A stretch of 64,000 nt of DNA from Thermoleophilaceae bacterium. GTDB taxonomy: Bacteria > Actinomycetota > Thermoleophilia > Solirubrobacterales > Thermoleophilaceae. The stretch spans positions 2,192 to 66,191 of the forward strand of contig DASTKX010000032.1 in NCBI GenBank assembly GCA_035715585.1, written 5' to 3'. The position numbers were made by a program, and so were the translations under genes. Shown piece by piece: positions 17,642-27,642 of the stretch. The first letter of the stretch is position 1, and every line of letters begins with the position of its first letter. Below the pieces are notes generated by a model. That model made no database searches. It saw nothing but the letters and a program-made list of their open reading frames with translations, and was not told the DNA's origin.

Positions 17642-18936
17642 ACACCACCCAGTTCAGCACGATCGAGGAGGCGCTCGAGGACGTTCGCGCCGGCAAGATG
17701 GTCGTAGTCGTCGATGCCGAGGACCGCGAGAACGAGGGCGATCTCGTGCTCGCCGCGCAGTTCGCGACGCCGGAGAGCATCAACTTCATGGCCAAGGAGG
17801 CGCGCGGCCTGATCTGCCTCGCGCTGACCCCGGACCGCTGCGACGAGCTCGGACTCGACCTGCTGCCGGCGAAGAACGAGTCGCACCTCGGCACCGCGTT
17901 CACGACGACGATCGAGGCGCGCGACGGCGTCACGACGGGGATCTCCGCCGACGACCGCGCGCGCACGATCCAGGTCGCCGTCGACCCGTCGAGCAAGCCC
18001 GAGGACCTCGTCCAGCCCGGCCACATGTTCCCGCTCAAGGCGAAGCCCGGCGGCGTGCTCGAGCGGACCGGCCACACCGAGGCCGCCGTCGACCTGGCCC
18101 GCCTCGCCGGTCTCAACCCGGCCGGCGTGATCTGCGAGATCCTCAACGACGACGGCACGATGGCGCGCGTCCCGGACCTGACCGGCTACTGCGAGCGCCA
18201 CGAGCTCAAGCTGATCACGATCGCCGATCTGATCGCCTACCGCAGGCGCCACGACAAGCTCGTCGAGCGCGTCGTCGAGACCGGCCTGCCGACCGCCTTC
18301 GGCGAGTTCCGCGCGGTCGGCTTCCGCTCGCTGGTCGACGAGAAGCACCACATGGCGATGGTCAAGGGCGACGTCGACGGCGCCGAGGACGTGCTCGTCC
18401 GCGTCCACTCCGAGTGCCTGACCGGCGACGTCTTCCACTCGCTGCGCTGCGACTGCGGCCAGCAGCTCGAGGACGCGCTCGCGCGGATCGAGCAGGAGGG
18501 GGCGGGAGTGCTGCTCTATCTCTCCCAGGAGGGGCGCGGGATCGGGCTACTGAACAAGCTCAAGGCCTACCGGCTCCAGGAGCAGGGCCGCGACACCGTC
18601 GAGGCCAACCTCGAGCTCGGCCTGCCCGCCGACCTGCGCGACTACGGCATCGGCGCGCAGATCCTCGTCGACCTCGGTCTGACCTCGATCCGGCTGCTGA
18701 CCAACAACCCAAAGAAGATCGTCGGACTCGAGGGCTACGGCCTGCGCGTCAGCGACCAGATCCCGATCCAGCACCAGTCGAACCCGCATAACGAGGAGTA
18801 CCTGCGCACCAAGGCCAGCAAGATGGGCCACCTGCTTCATCACCAGGGACTCGCGCTCGACGAGGAGATGATCGCCGAGGAGCGCCGCGCCGATCGCGCC
18901 CGCGACGAGGCGAAGGGGGATGGTCAGGGTGGCTGA
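17638..18936 (+). CDS. ribBA: Bifunctional 3,4-dihydroxy-2-butanone-4-phosphate synthase / GTP cyclohydrolase II
   Basis: DRENEGDLV and GHTEAAVDL (DHBP synthase); [22 protein letters not shown] (GCH II zinc site). The start overlaps the ribE stop. Confidence 0.95.
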   Translation: MNTTQFSTIEEALEDVRAGKMVVVVDAEDRENEGDLVLAAQFATPESINFMAKEARGLICLALTPDRCDELGLDLLPAKNESHLGTAFTTTIEARDGVTTGISADDRARTIQVAVDPSSKPEDLVQPGHMFPLKAKPGGVLERTGHTEAAVDLARLAGLNPAGVICEILNDDGTMARVPDLTGYCERHELKLITIADLIAYRRRHDKLVERVVETGLPTAFGEFRAVGFRSLVDEKHHMAMVKGDVDGAEDVLVRVHSECLTGDVFHSLRCDCGQQLEDALARIEQEGAGVLLYLSQEGRGIGLLNKLKAYRLQEQGRDTVEANLELGLPADLRDYGIGAQILVDLGLTSIRLLTNNPKKIVGLEGYGLRVSDQIPIQHQSNPHNEEYLRTKASKMGHLLHHQGLALDEEMIAEERRADRARDEAKGDGQGG

Positions 18937-19357
18937 CGTCTGGGCGATCGCCGTCGGTCGCTTCTACGAGGACCTTGCCGAGCGGCTGGTCGCCGGCGCG
19001 ACACGCGTCTTCGAGGATGCCGGCGGCGCCGTCGAGGTCCACGATGTGCCGGGCGCGTTCGAGCTGCCGCTCGCCGCCAAGTACTGCGCCGAGTCCGGCC
19101 GCTACGCGGGCGTCGCCTGCCTCGGCGCGGTGATTCGCGGCGAGACCGACCACTACGACTACGTCTGCGGCGAGGCGGCCGACGGCATCGCGCGCGTCTC
19201 GCTCGACACCGGCGTCCCATGCTCGTTCGGCGTGCTGACCGTCGACAACATGGAGCAGGCGCTCGCGCGGGCCGGCGAGGGCAAGCGCCACCAGGGCGAG
19301 GACGCCGCGCGCGCCGTCGTTCGGATGGCCCAGATGCGCGCCACGCTCAGCAATTAG
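18920..19357 (+). CDS. ribH: 6,7-dimethyl-8-ribityllumazine synthase
   Basis: [12 protein letters not shown] and [14 protein letters not shown] motifs. Overlaps the ribBA 3' end. Confidence 0.9.
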   Translation: MVRVADVWAIAVGRFYEDLAERLVAGATRVFEDAGGAVEVHDVPGAFELPLAAKYCAESGRYAGVACLGAVIRGETDHYDYVCGEAADGIARVSLDTGVPCSFGVLTVDNMEQALARAGEGKRHQGEDAARAVVRMAQMRATLSN

Positions 19358-19380
19358 GAACCCTGCTAGCCTCTCGCGCC

Positions 19381-19572
19381 GTGCCAAAGGTCTGTTACTC
19401 ATGCGGCAAGGGCCCTGCCTTCGGACAGAGCCGCAGCCATTCGATGGTCGCCACCAAGCGGCGCTTCAACCCGAACCTGCAGAAGGTCCGGATCGACGTC
19501 AAGGGCACGCCTTCGCGTGAGTACGTCTGCACCCGGTGCCTCAAGGCCGGCAAGATCACCAAGGCTGCCTGA
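19381..19572 (+). CDS. rpmB: 50S ribosomal protein L28
   Basis: In-frame GTG at 19381 inside ORF 19219..19572: [38 protein letters not shown]. Confidence 0.9.
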   Translation: MPKVCYSCGKGPAFGQSRSHSMVATKRRFNPNLQKVRIDVKGTPSREYVCTRCLKAGKITKAA

Positions 19573-19613
19573 AGTCCGCGAAACTCCGCCGGTCGGCGGT
19601 GTAGAAAGCTTCT

Positions 19614-21242
19614 GTGCCTGACGAGAGCCTGATTCGCTTCAGACGTGTCGTCGCCGCGTCGCTCGCCGAGCTGGAGAGCAGACGCGACGAGGTCAACGAT
19701 CTCAACGTCTTCCCGGTCGCCGACGGCGACACGGGCGACAACATGGCGATGACGATGCGCGCCGTGATGGACGAGCTCAACGTCCTCAACGGCCAGCCGC
19801 TCGACGGTGTCGGCCGCGAGGAAGTGGTCTCCGCGGTCGCCCGCGCCGCCCTGCTCGGCGCGCGTGGCAACAGCGGCGTGATCCTGTCGCAGATCGTCCG
19901 CGGCGCCGCCGAGGAGCTGGCCTCGCGCCCCGGCGAGCTCGTCGACCCCGTGCTGATCGCGGCCGCCTTCGCGAAGGCATCCGACGCCGCCTACGACTCG
20001 GTCCGCAACCCCGCCGAGGGGACGATGCTGAGCGCCGTGCGCGCGATGGCGCACCGCGTCGCCCAGGACATCGCGCACATGGACAAGCAGCGGCTGGGGC
20101 CCGACGCCACCGCCGAGGAGCAGGACGCGCTGATCGCCGAGGTGCTCGAGCGCGCGCTGGAGGCCGCTCAGGAGGCCGTCGACAAGGGCCCAGAGCAGCT
20201 TGCCGTGCTCAAGGAGGCCGGGGTCGTCGACGCCGGCGCCTACGGCCTGACCGTGATCGTCGCCGGCGTCGTCGCCGCGTTGCGCGGCCAGCAGCAGATC
20301 GAGCTCGCCCACCACGAGCCGGCGCGGGCGATCCACGCGACCCAGCACGAGTCCTCGACCTACCGCTACTGCACCAACTTCGCCGTCACCGGCGTCGAGG
20401 TCGACGGCCAGTCTTTGGTGCCGTCGCTCGAGCGGATCGGCGACAGCGTGCTAGTCGTCGGCGACGCGCGGGCGCTGCGCGTGCACGTCCACACCGACTC
20501 GCCCGAGGACGCCGTCGCGCTGTTCGCCGAGCATGGCGAAGTCTCGCGGCTCGAGGCGTCGGACATGCGCGAGCAGGTGGCCGACCGCAACGCCCGGCTC
20601 GCGGGCCCGCAGGCCGCCTGCGCCGTGGTGGCGGTCGCGACCGGCGCCGGGATGCAGGACCTCTACCGCGAGCTCGGGGTCGAGGTGCTCGAGGGCGGGC
20701 CGACGATGAACCCCTCGACCGCCGAGCTGCTCGCGGCGATCGAGGCGGCCGACGGTCGCGAGGTGCTGGTCCTGCCGAACAGCCCGAACGTGATCATGGC
20801 CGCCGAGGAGGCGGCGAAGCTCGCGGAGCGGCCGGTGCGGGTCGTGCCGACCCGGGCGCCGCAGGAGGGGCTGGCGTCGCTGTTGGCGTTCGACCCGAAC
20901 CAAGACGCGACGGCCAACGCGGAGGCCGTTGCCGCTGCCTCCGACGCGCTCGCCGTCGGCGGTGTCGCCGAGGCCGCGAAGGACGATCCCGACGGCCGTT
21001 TCGCCGTCGGCGACGCTGTCGGCTATCGCGGCGACGAGCTGGTCGCATGGGGCGATCCCGCCAAGACACTCGCCGCGACGCTCGGCGCGCTCGCCGACGG
21101 CGCCGAGCTCGTCACCTGCATCGCCGGCGCCGCGGCGCCGCTCGACGAGGACGCCGTCGCCGCCGCGCTGCCCGGTGACATCGAGCTCGACTACCACGAC
21201 GGCGGCCAGCCGGCGTGGTGGTGGCTGCTCTGCGCAGAGTGA
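19614..21242 (+). CDS. DAK2 domain-containing protein (YloV family)
   Basis: FPVADGDTGDNM Dak2 motif. 542 aa. Conserved position between rpmB and recG. Confidence 0.85.
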   Translation: MPDESLIRFRRVVAASLAELESRRDEVNDLNVFPVADGDTGDNMAMTMRAVMDELNVLNGQPLDGVGREEVVSAVARAALLGARGNSGVILSQIVRGAAEELASRPGELVDPVLIAAAFAKASDAAYDSVRNPAEGTMLSAVRAMAHRVAQDIAHMDKQRLGPDATAEEQDALIAEVLERALEAAQEAVDKGPEQLAVLKEAGVVDAGAYGLTVIVAGVVAALRGQQQIELAHHEPARAIHATQHESSTYRYCTNFAVTGVEVDGQSLVPSLERIGDSVLVVGDARALRVHVHTDSPEDAVALFAEHGEVSRLEASDMREQVADRNARLAGPQAACAVVAVATGAGMQDLYRELGVEVLEGGPTMNPSTAELLAAIEAADGREVLVLPNSPNVIMAAEEAAKLAERPVRVVPTRAPQEGLASLLAFDPNQDATANAEAVAAASDALAVGGVAEAAKDDPDGRFAVGDAVGYRGDELVAWGDPAKTLAATLGALADGAELVTCIAGAAAPLDEDAVAAALPGDIELDYHDGGQPAWWWLLCAE

Positions 21243-21244
21243 AG

Positions 21245-21266
21245 CCGGGGGGCTCGCGCCCCCCGG
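21245..21266 (+). terminator. GC-rich hairpin (ccgggggg-ctcgcg-ccccccgg) just after the yloV stop; no U-tract
   Basis: Read directly: 8-bp perfect stem and 6-nt loop. Confidence 0.3.
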
Positions 21267-21367
21267 AGCCCCCGCGCGGCGCCGGTCTGCCGACGGCTCC
21301 GGTGGAGGGCTGCCTCTCCTTTGGCTCCAGTGAGAGGCTGGGCGTCGATCGGCTGCGGGAGGCTGAA

Positions 21368-23428
21368 ATGCGCTCGGCGCCTCGGCCGAGTCTGCTTGCG
21401 GAGCGGTTGGCGGTCGGCAAGCAGCAGGCGAAGGGCCTCGCCGCGCTAGGGATCGCGACGCACGGCGATCTGATCGAGCATCTGCCGCACACGCACCGCG
21501 ATCGGCGCGAGGTGCGCGGCATCGCGGCGATCGGCGTGGGGGAGGAGGCGACCGTCGCGGTGACGGTGCGGGGGGTCAGCGTGCGGCCGATGCGCGACCG
21601 GCGGCGCAAGCGCGTCGAGGCGAAGGTCTTCGACGAGACGGGGCCGGCGCTGGCCGTCTGGTGGAACCAGCCATGGATCGCCGGCAAGCTCGGCGAGGGC
21701 TCCGCGGTGCTGTTGCATGGGCGGAAGAAGCGGCGCAACGAGTTCTGGGTCGACGAGTACGAGCTGCTCGGACAGGGCGCCGCGCCGGTCCACACCGTCG
21801 GGCTGGTGCCGGTGCATCCAGCGACATATGGCCTGTCGCCGGGCGCGTTGCGCGACCTCGTCTGGAAGGACTACAAGCTGATCCGCCACGTCGTCGAGCC
21901 GCTGCCGGCGGCGCTGCGCGTGGCCGAACGACTGCCCGACCGCTCGGCGGCGATCGCCGCGGCGCACTTTCCCGATGGCGAGGACGAGGCCGCAGGGGCC
22001 CGCAGGCGACTTGCCTTCGAGGAGCTTTTCCTGCTTCAGCTCGCCGTGACCGGCCGGCGGCGCTCGCGACGCGGTCGCCGCGAAGCGACGCCGCTCGAAG
22101 CGACCGGCACGGTCGTCGACCCATGGCGTGCTGCGCTTCCGTTCGAGCTGACCGGCGATCAGCAGCGCGCCTGCGCCGAGATCGACGCCGACCTGGCAAA
22201 GGCGCGGCCGATGCAGCGCCTGTTGATGGGCGAGGTTGGCAGCGGCAAGACGGCGGTCGCCCTGCACGCGATGCTGCGCGCGGTCGAGAACGGACGCCAG
22301 GCCGCGCTGATGGCGCCGACCGAGACGCTCGCCGAGCAGCACCTCGCGACGATCGACAGCCTGCTCGGTGGGACCGTCCCGGTCGAGCTGCTGACCGGCT
22401 CCACGACCGCGGCGCGGCGACGCGACCTGCTCACGCGGCTGGCGTCGGGCGAGCTGGGGCTCGTCGTCGGCACCCACGCGCTGATCGAGGACAGCGTCGA
22501 GTTCCGCGACCTCGCCGTCTGCGTCGTCGACGAGCAGCACCGCTTCGGCGTTCGTCAGCGGTCGGCGCTCGACGCCAAGGCGCCCGGCGAGCTCGCGCCG
22601 CACGTCCTGCACATGACCGCGACGCCGATCCCGCGGACGCTCGCGCTGACCGCCTACGGCGATCTCGACGCCACCGTCCTACGCGAGCTGCCGGCGGGTC
22701 GGCGGCCGGTCGAGACCTTCGTCGTCGACGGCGCCCGCGCCCGGGCGCGCGCCTACGAGCGGATCCGCGAGGAGATCGCCGCGGGCCGCCAGTGCTTCGT
22801 CGTCTGTCCGCTCGTCGAGGAGTCCGAGGCGCTGCAGGCGAAGGCGGCGACCGTCGAGGCCGACCGCCTCGCGCGAACCGAGTTCGCCGACCACCGCGTA
22901 GCGCTGATCCACGGCCAGATGCCCGCTGCCAAGAAGCAGGAGGCGATGCGCAGCTTCGCCGCCGGCGACGCCGACGTGCTCGTCGCGACCAGCGTGATCG
23001 AGGTCGGCATCGACGTCCCGAACGCGACGGTGATGCTGATCGAGGCCGCCGACCGCTACGGCCTCTCGCAGCTCCACCAGCTGCGCGGCCGCGTCGGCCG
23101 CGGCGGCCACCAATCGCTCTGCATCCTCCTCGGGGATCCCAAACAGGCGCGGCTGGCGGCGCTAGCGAATGAGCGCGACGGCTTCCGGCTCGCCGAGATC
23201 GACCTCGAGCTGCGCGGGGCGGGGGAGGTGCTCGGCACGCGCCAGTCCGGCCTGCCGGAGTTCCGCGTCGCGCGCCTGCCCGACGACCAGGAGCTGCTGG
23301 AGCGCGCCAAGCTGCGCGCGGACGAGCTGCTGGCCGCCGATCCGCGCCTCGAGCTGCCCGAGAACGGCCTGCTGCGAGCGGCAGTCGTCGAGCGCTTCGG
23401 CTCCGATCTAGACCCGATCCCGGCGTGA
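21368..23428 (+). CDS. recG: ATP-dependent DNA helicase RecG
   Basis: ATG at 21368 inside ORF 21215..23428. Wedge-domain N-terminus; Walker A GEVGSGKT; DEQHRFGV; helicase-C QLHQLRGRVGRG. Confidence 0.9.
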   Translation: MRSAPRPSLLAERLAVGKQQAKGLAALGIATHGDLIEHLPHTHRDRREVRGIAAIGVGEEATVAVTVRGVSVRPMRDRRRKRVEAKVFDETGPALAVWWNQPWIAGKLGEGSAVLLHGRKKRRNEFWVDEYELLGQGAAPVHTVGLVPVHPATYGLSPGALRDLVWKDYKLIRHVVEPLPAALRVAERLPDRSAAIAAAHFPDGEDEAAGARRRLAFEELFLLQLAVTGRRRSRRGRREATPLEATGTVVDPWRAALPFELTGDQQRACAEIDADLAKARPMQRLLMGEVGSGKTAVALHAMLRAVENGRQAALMAPTETLAEQHLATIDSLLGGTVPVELLTGSTTAARRRDLLTRLASGELGLVVGTHALIEDSVEFRDLAVCVVDEQHRFGVRQRSALDAKAPGELAPHVLHMTATPIPRTLALTAYGDLDATVLRELPAGRRPVETFVVDGARARARAYERIREEIAAGRQCFVVCPLVEESEALQAKAATVEADRLARTEFADHRVALIHGQMPAAKKQEAMRSFAAGDADVLVATSVIEVGIDVPNATVMLIEAADRYGLSQLHQLRGRVGRGGHQSLCILLGDPKQARLAALANERDGFRLAEIDLELRGAGEVLGTRQSGLPEFRVARLPDDQELLERAKLRADELLAADPRLELPENGLLRAAVVERFGSDLDPIPA

Positions 23429-23465
23429 CGGATACTTGCCTCACTGCAGCGATCTAGGAGGACAG

Positions 23466-23969
23466 ATGGACCTCAGGACGATTCAGCAGCCCTTGAAGGA
23501 CGGCTATCGCGAGGATCCCGGCTCCGCGTCGATCACCCTGACCGCTCGCGGCAGCGAGACGGACGGTCCCACGGGCTGCTCGGTCGATCTCGGTCGTGCG
23601 ATCCAGGCGGCCGAGGCGCACGTCGGCGTCGGCGGTCCCGGCGCCGGCGCCTGCTCTGGCGATCTCCTGCTCGGGGCGCTCGCGGCCTGCGCCCAGATCA
23701 CCTGTCAGATGGTCGCGACCGCGATGGAGATACCGACCGAGCGGATCGAGGTCGTCGTCGAGGGGGACCTCGACCTGCGTGGAACCCTCGGCGTCGACCG
23801 CGAGGCGCCGGTCGGGTTCGCGGCGATCCGCATGCGCTACGAGATCGAGGCCCCCGGCGTCGATCCCGAGCAGCTCGCGTCGCTGCACGCGAAGTCCGAG
23901 CGCTACTGCACCGTCCTGCAGACACTGCGGGAGGTGCCGGAGATCGTCACGGAGCTGGTCGCGGGGTGA
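23466..23969 (+). CDS. OsmC family peroxiredoxin-like protein
   Basis: ATG at 23466 (MDLRTIQQPL). Two conserved Cys contexts: GACSGDLLLGALAAC and SERYCTV. Confidence 0.75.
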   Translation: MDLRTIQQPLKDGYREDPGSASITLTARGSETDGPTGCSVDLGRAIQAAEAHVGVGGPGAGACSGDLLLGALAACAQITCQMVATAMEIPTERIEVVVEGDLDLRGTLGVDREAPVGFAAIRMRYEIEAPGVDPEQLASLHAKSERYCTVLQTLREVPEIVTELVAG

Positions 23970-24496
23970 GGGTCGTCGCCGGCGAGCTGCGCGGACGCAA
24001 GCTCGTCGCTCCGCCCGGCGACGCCACCCGCCCGACGGCCGACCGCGTCCGCGAGGCGCTGTTCTCGATCCTCGGCGACGTCTCCGGCGCGCGGGTGCTC
24101 GACCTCTACGCCGGGTCGGGCGCGCTCGGCATCGAGGCGCTGTCGCGCGGAGCGGCTGCGGCGGTGTTCGTCGACAGCTCCCAGGCCGCCGTCACGGCGA
24201 TCCGCCGCAACCTCTCAGAGCTCGGACTGGAGGCGCCCGTCCAGCGCCGCGACGCGCTCGCCTACCTCGCTGCGGCCGCCGACGGCGACCCCTACGACCT
24301 GGTTTTCGCCGACCCACCGTATGATTCCGCGCTCCGCGTAGGTCCAGACCTGGCGGAACGGCTTCCGCCGATCCTCTCCGAAGACGCCGTCATCGTGACC
24401 GAGTCCAACAAGCGAGCCCCGCTCGAACTGCCCTTCCCGCTGCTGCGCGAGCGCAGCTACGGCGACACGCGGATCGCGGTCCACCGAAATGGCTGA
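23966..24496 (+). CDS. rsmD: 16S rRNA (guanine966-N2)-methyltransferase
   Basis: MRVVAGELRGRKL..RPT.DRVREALFSIL and DLVFADPPY motifs. Confidence 0.85.
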   Translation: MRVVAGELRGRKLVAPPGDATRPTADRVREALFSILGDVSGARVLDLYAGSGALGIEALSRGAAAAVFVDSSQAAVTAIRRNLSELGLEAPVQRRDALAYLAAAADGDPYDLVFADPPYDSALRVGPDLAERLPPILSEDAVIVTESNKRAPLELPFPLLRERSYGDTRIAVHRNG

Positions 24497-24989
24497 TCGC
24501 ACCAGCGGCACCGCCGTCTGCCCGGGCTCCTACGACCCGGTCACGCTCGGCCACATCGACATCATCACCCGCACCGCCGAGGTGTTCGACAAGGTGATCG
24601 TCGGGGTCGTCGACCAGCCGGTGCGCAAGCAGAAGACCGTCTTCACCGCCGAGGAGCGCGTGGAGTTCATCCAGGCGGAGGTCGCATCGCTCGGCAACGT
24701 CGAGGTCAAGTCCTTCCACAACCTGCTCGTCGAGTTCGCCCGCGAGAACAACGCCAAGACAATCGTCAAGGGCCTGCGCGCGATCTCGGACTTCGAGTAC
24801 GAGTTCGAGATGAACCAGCTCAACCGCAAGATGGCCCCAGACATCGAGAGCACGTACCTGATGGCGGCGCCGCAATTCAGCTTCCTCAGCTCCAGCGGCG
24901 TCAAGGAGCTGGCGATGTTCGGAGGGGATCTGACCGGTTTGGTGCCCGCGCCGGTAGCCTCTCGCTTGCAGGAAGCGCTCGAGCGCTGA
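24489..24989 (+). CDS. coaD: Pantetheine-phosphate adenylyltransferase
   Basis: AVCPGSYDPVTLGHIDII (nucleotidyltransferase H/TxGH motif). 166 aa. Confidence 0.95.
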   Translation: MADRTSGTAVCPGSYDPVTLGHIDIITRTAEVFDKVIVGVVDQPVRKQKTVFTAEERVEFIQAEVASLGNVEVKSFHNLLVEFARENNAKTIVKGLRAISDFEYEFEMNQLNRKMAPDIESTYLMAAPQFSFLSSSGVKELAMFGGDLTGLVPAPVASRLQEALER

Positions 24990-25006
24990 CGAACTGAGGT
25001 TCATCT

Positions 25007-25468
25007 ATGGACGTCCTGGTACTCATCGACAAGCTGGACGACACCGTCCACAACGCCAAGCCCGTGCCGCTCACGGATCAAGTGCGCGTCGACAAAGAGG
25101 AGATCTACGACATCCTCGATCAGATGCGTGCCACGATCCCCGAGGAGATCAAGCAGGCGCGCTGGATCGTCAAGGAGCGTCAGGAGATGCTCGCCGAGGC
25201 CAAGCGCGAGGCTGAGCGGATCGTCAAAGAGGCGCGCGAGGAGCAGATCCAGCTGATCTCCGACGAGGAGGTCGTCAAGCAGGCCGAGCGCCAGGCCGAC
25301 GAGATCGTCGAGGACGCTCGTGCCCGCGAGCGCGAGATCCGGCTCGGCGCCGAGGACTACGCCGACGACATCCTCAACACGCTCGAGATCAACCTCGAGA
25401 AGTTCACCGCCGCCGTCCAGCGCGGCCGCGACCGCCTCCAGGGTCGCGAGGAGGCCGAGGTCAGCTAG
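25007..25468 (+). CDS. Coiled-coil protein, Glu/Arg/Lys-rich (ATP-synthase-b/DivIVA-like appearance), function unknown
   Basis: ORF 25007..25468, with heptad-like charged sequence (EAKREAERIVKEAREEQ...). Sits between coaD and yceD. Confidence 0.6.
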   Translation: MDVLVLIDKLDDTVHNAKPVPLTDQVRVDKEEIYDILDQMRATIPEEIKQARWIVKERQEMLAEAKREAERIVKEAREEQIQLISDEEVVKQAERQADEIVEDARAREREIRLGAEDYADDILNTLEINLEKFTAAVQRGRDRLQGREEAEVS

Positions 25469-25501
25469 ACCCGGCCCGGCCCGTCGCTATCGTCGTCGGC
25501 G

Positions 25502-26011
25502 ATGGCCCAGCGGGTGGACAAGTTCGATGTCGGGACGCTGCGCCTCGCCTCGGGTGAGGCGCGTAAGCTCGAGTTCGAGGTCCCCGTCGCCGAGCTCGCC
25601 TTCGGCGGCCAGTCCTACAGCGCCGGCGGCTACGCCGACGCGCTGCTCGACGTCTCGCACACCACGACCGGCCATGCGCTGCGGCTGCGCTTCGCAGTCG
25701 AGTTGCACGGCCCGTGCACGCGCTGCCTCGAGGACGCCAACGCGCGGGTAGAGGTCGACGCCCGCGAGATCGACCAACCCGGCGACGCGACGGAGCTGCG
25801 CTCGCCGTACGTCGAGGAGAACGTCGTGGATCTCAGCGCGTGGGCGCGCGACGCGCTGGCTCTGGCGCTGCCGACTCAGATCCTCTGCGGCGAGGACTGC
25901 CGCGGGCTCTGCACCGTCTGCGGCGCCAATCTCAATGAGGATCCGGACCACGTGCATGAGGCCGAGCCGGATCCGCGTTGGGCGAAGCTTTCGGAGTTGA
26001 AGCTGGACTAG
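25502..26011 (+). CDS. yceD: YceD family (DUF177) protein
   Basis: C-terminal Cys cluster CTRCLEDA ... CGEDCRGLCTVCGANLNEDPDH. Classical partner of rpmF. Confidence 0.85.
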   Translation: MAQRVDKFDVGTLRLASGEARKLEFEVPVAELAFGGQSYSAGGYADALLDVSHTTTGHALRLRFAVELHGPCTRCLEDANARVEVDAREIDQPGDATELRSPYVEENVVDLSAWARDALALALPTQILCGEDCRGLCTVCGANLNEDPDHVHEAEPDPRWAKLSELKLD

Positions 26012-26039
26012 GGGCTAGGGATCGGCGTGGCTGCCCGCG

Positions 26040-26369
26040 GGTCCTGTCTCCGATTTTGGTTCACGTGCTCGTTCCTGCGCGCGCGAACGCAAAATGCGTC
26101 GCCACCCGCGGGGGCACAACGTCGGTCCCTGTACAACGAGTTGGAGCGGGGTTGGGAGCGCAATGGCCTCGAAGGTCGCAACGCCCTTGCGCGCTACACC
26201 GCAGAAGCGTTCCGACCTTCGAGGCCATCGTTGCTCGAACGCCGCCGAGTGGGTGGTACGGGACCCAGCGTTTGCCGCCGCGGGTGGCGACGCATTTTGC
26301 GTCTGGGGCGGAGCTTGCGAGCACCCAGACCAAAATCGGAGACAGGACCCGCGGGCAGCCCCGCCAGAG
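26040..26369. repeat. 330-bp composite palindrome: two inverted copies of the repeat unit of about 150-165 nt
   Basis: The left arm starts gctgcccgcgggtcctgtctccgattttggt at 26040. The right arm ends accaaaatcggagacaggacccgcgggcagc at 26369. A second perfectly complementary block is gcaaaatgcgtcgccacccgcgg / ccgcgggtggcgacgcattttgc. The innermost pair is ggcctcgaaggtcg (26165..26178) / cgaccttcgaggcc (26234..26247). Confidence 0.9.
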
Positions 26370-26412
26370 CCCAAGCCAGAAGAACCGCCACCTCTGTACA
26401 CTGCACCGGCTC

Positions 26413-26604
26413 ATGGCCGTCCCCAAGCAACGACAGTCGCACTCGCGCACGAACAAGCGCCGCTCGCAGCACAAGATCGTGCCGCCGAGCCTTTCAACGT
26501 GCCCGAAGTGTGGGGCGCCGCGTCTTCCGCACCGTGTTTGCGGGGAGTGCGGCAGCTACAGCGGCCGGCAGGTCGTTGTGCAGACGCCCGACTCCGACGA
26601 GTAG
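26413..26604 (+). CDS. rpmF: 50S ribosomal protein L32
   Basis: ATG at 26413 inside ORF 25978..26604: MAVPKQRQSHSRTNKRRSQHK...CPKCGAPRLPHRVCGECG. Confidence 0.95.
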   Translation: MAVPKQRQSHSRTNKRRSQHKIVPPSLSTCPKCGAPRLPHRVCGECGSYSGRQVVVQTPDSDE

Positions 26605-26613
26605 CTCGCGGCT

Positions 26614-27642
26614 TTGATCGCTGTCGACGCTAATGGCGCCGACGCGGGTCCGAGGGCTGTCGCGGAGGGCGCTCGGCTGTCTGGCGAGCGGGTGTTGCTG
26701 TTCGGGCCGGCGAATGGGGTCGGCGATACGGGCTCGGGCGTCGAGGTCGTAGACGCTCCTGAGCGGATCGGGGGGGATGAGGAGCCGGTGCGTGCGGTGC
26801 GGTCGCGGCCGGATGCCTCGATCGTCCAGGCGGCGGCTGCTGTCGCGGATGGACGTGCGGAGGCGCTGGTGAGTGCGGGGGCTACGGGACCGACGCTCGC
26901 TGCGGCGACGCTGGCGGTGAAGCGGATTCGGGGGGTTCATCGGCCGGCGATCGCGGCGTTGCTGCCGTTGCCAGCGGGGCGGGTGCTGTTGCTCGATGCT
27001 GGGGCGAACGTGGAGGTGCGGCCGGAGCAGCTCGTCCAGTTCGCGTACATGGGCGCGGCGTTCATGGAGCACGTCGAGGGCGTGAGCCGTCCTCGGGTTG
27101 GGTTGCTATCGGTGGGGACGGAGGCGGGGAAGGGGACGCCGGACGTGCTTGCCGCGCATGAGCGGTTGTCGGAGGGATCGCTGGACTTCGCTGGGAACGT
27201 CGAGGGGTTCGACATCCCGAACGCCTCGGTGGACGTCGTCGTGACCGATGGGTTCACGGGAAACGTGGCGTTGAAGGCGATGGAGTCGGCGTCGAAGGTG
27301 ACGCGGGAGGGGATTCGGGCGGCGGTGAAGTCAAATCCGCTGTCGATGCTCGGGGGACTGCTGATCCGGCGCCAGGTGGAGGGGTTGCGGTCGCAGCTGG
27401 ATCCGGAGCGGGTGGGGGGTGCGATCTTGCTGGGCTTGCGCAAGCCGGTGGTGATCGGGCATGGGAGTTTCGGGCCAGCTGGCCTGGCTTCGGCGATCCG
27501 GTTGGCCCGGCGGGCGGTCGACGAGGAGATGGTCGAGCGGACGGCGGCGGCGTTGGCGGCCGATGGGGTGCTGAGGTCCGCACCCGCTGGTAGCGTCAAC
27601 GACGCCCGTGGAACGCGCCGAGGTACTGACCAGGATTCGTGA
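26614..27642 (+). CDS. plsX: Phosphate acyltransferase PlsX
   Basis: TTG start. IAVDANGAD, LLDAGAN and VTDGFTGNVALK motifs. Confidence 0.9.
   Translation: MIAVDANGADAGPRAVAEGARLSGERVLLFGPANGVGDTGSGVEVVDAPERIGGDEEPVRAVRSRPDASIVQAAAAVADGRAEALVSAGATGPTLAAATLAVKRIRGVHRPAIAALLPLPAGRVLLLDAGANVEVRPEQLVQFAYMGAAFMEHVEGVSRPRVGLLSVGTEAGKGTPDVLAAHERLSEGSLDFAGNVEGFDIPNASVDVVVTDGFTGNVALKAMESASKVTREGIRAAVKSNPLSMLGGLLIRRQVEGLRSQLDPERVGGAILLGLRKPVVIGHGSFGPAGLASAIRLARRAVDEEMVERTAAALAADGVLRSAPAGSVNDARGTRRGTDQDS

Noticed and set aside
13882-26369. CRISPR array interpretation of the repeated sequence at 13.9 kb and 26.0-26.4 kb
   Set aside because: There are only three copies, about 150 nt long. Two are in inverted orientation with no regular spacers, and no cas genes are in the window. 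This is not CRISPR architecture.
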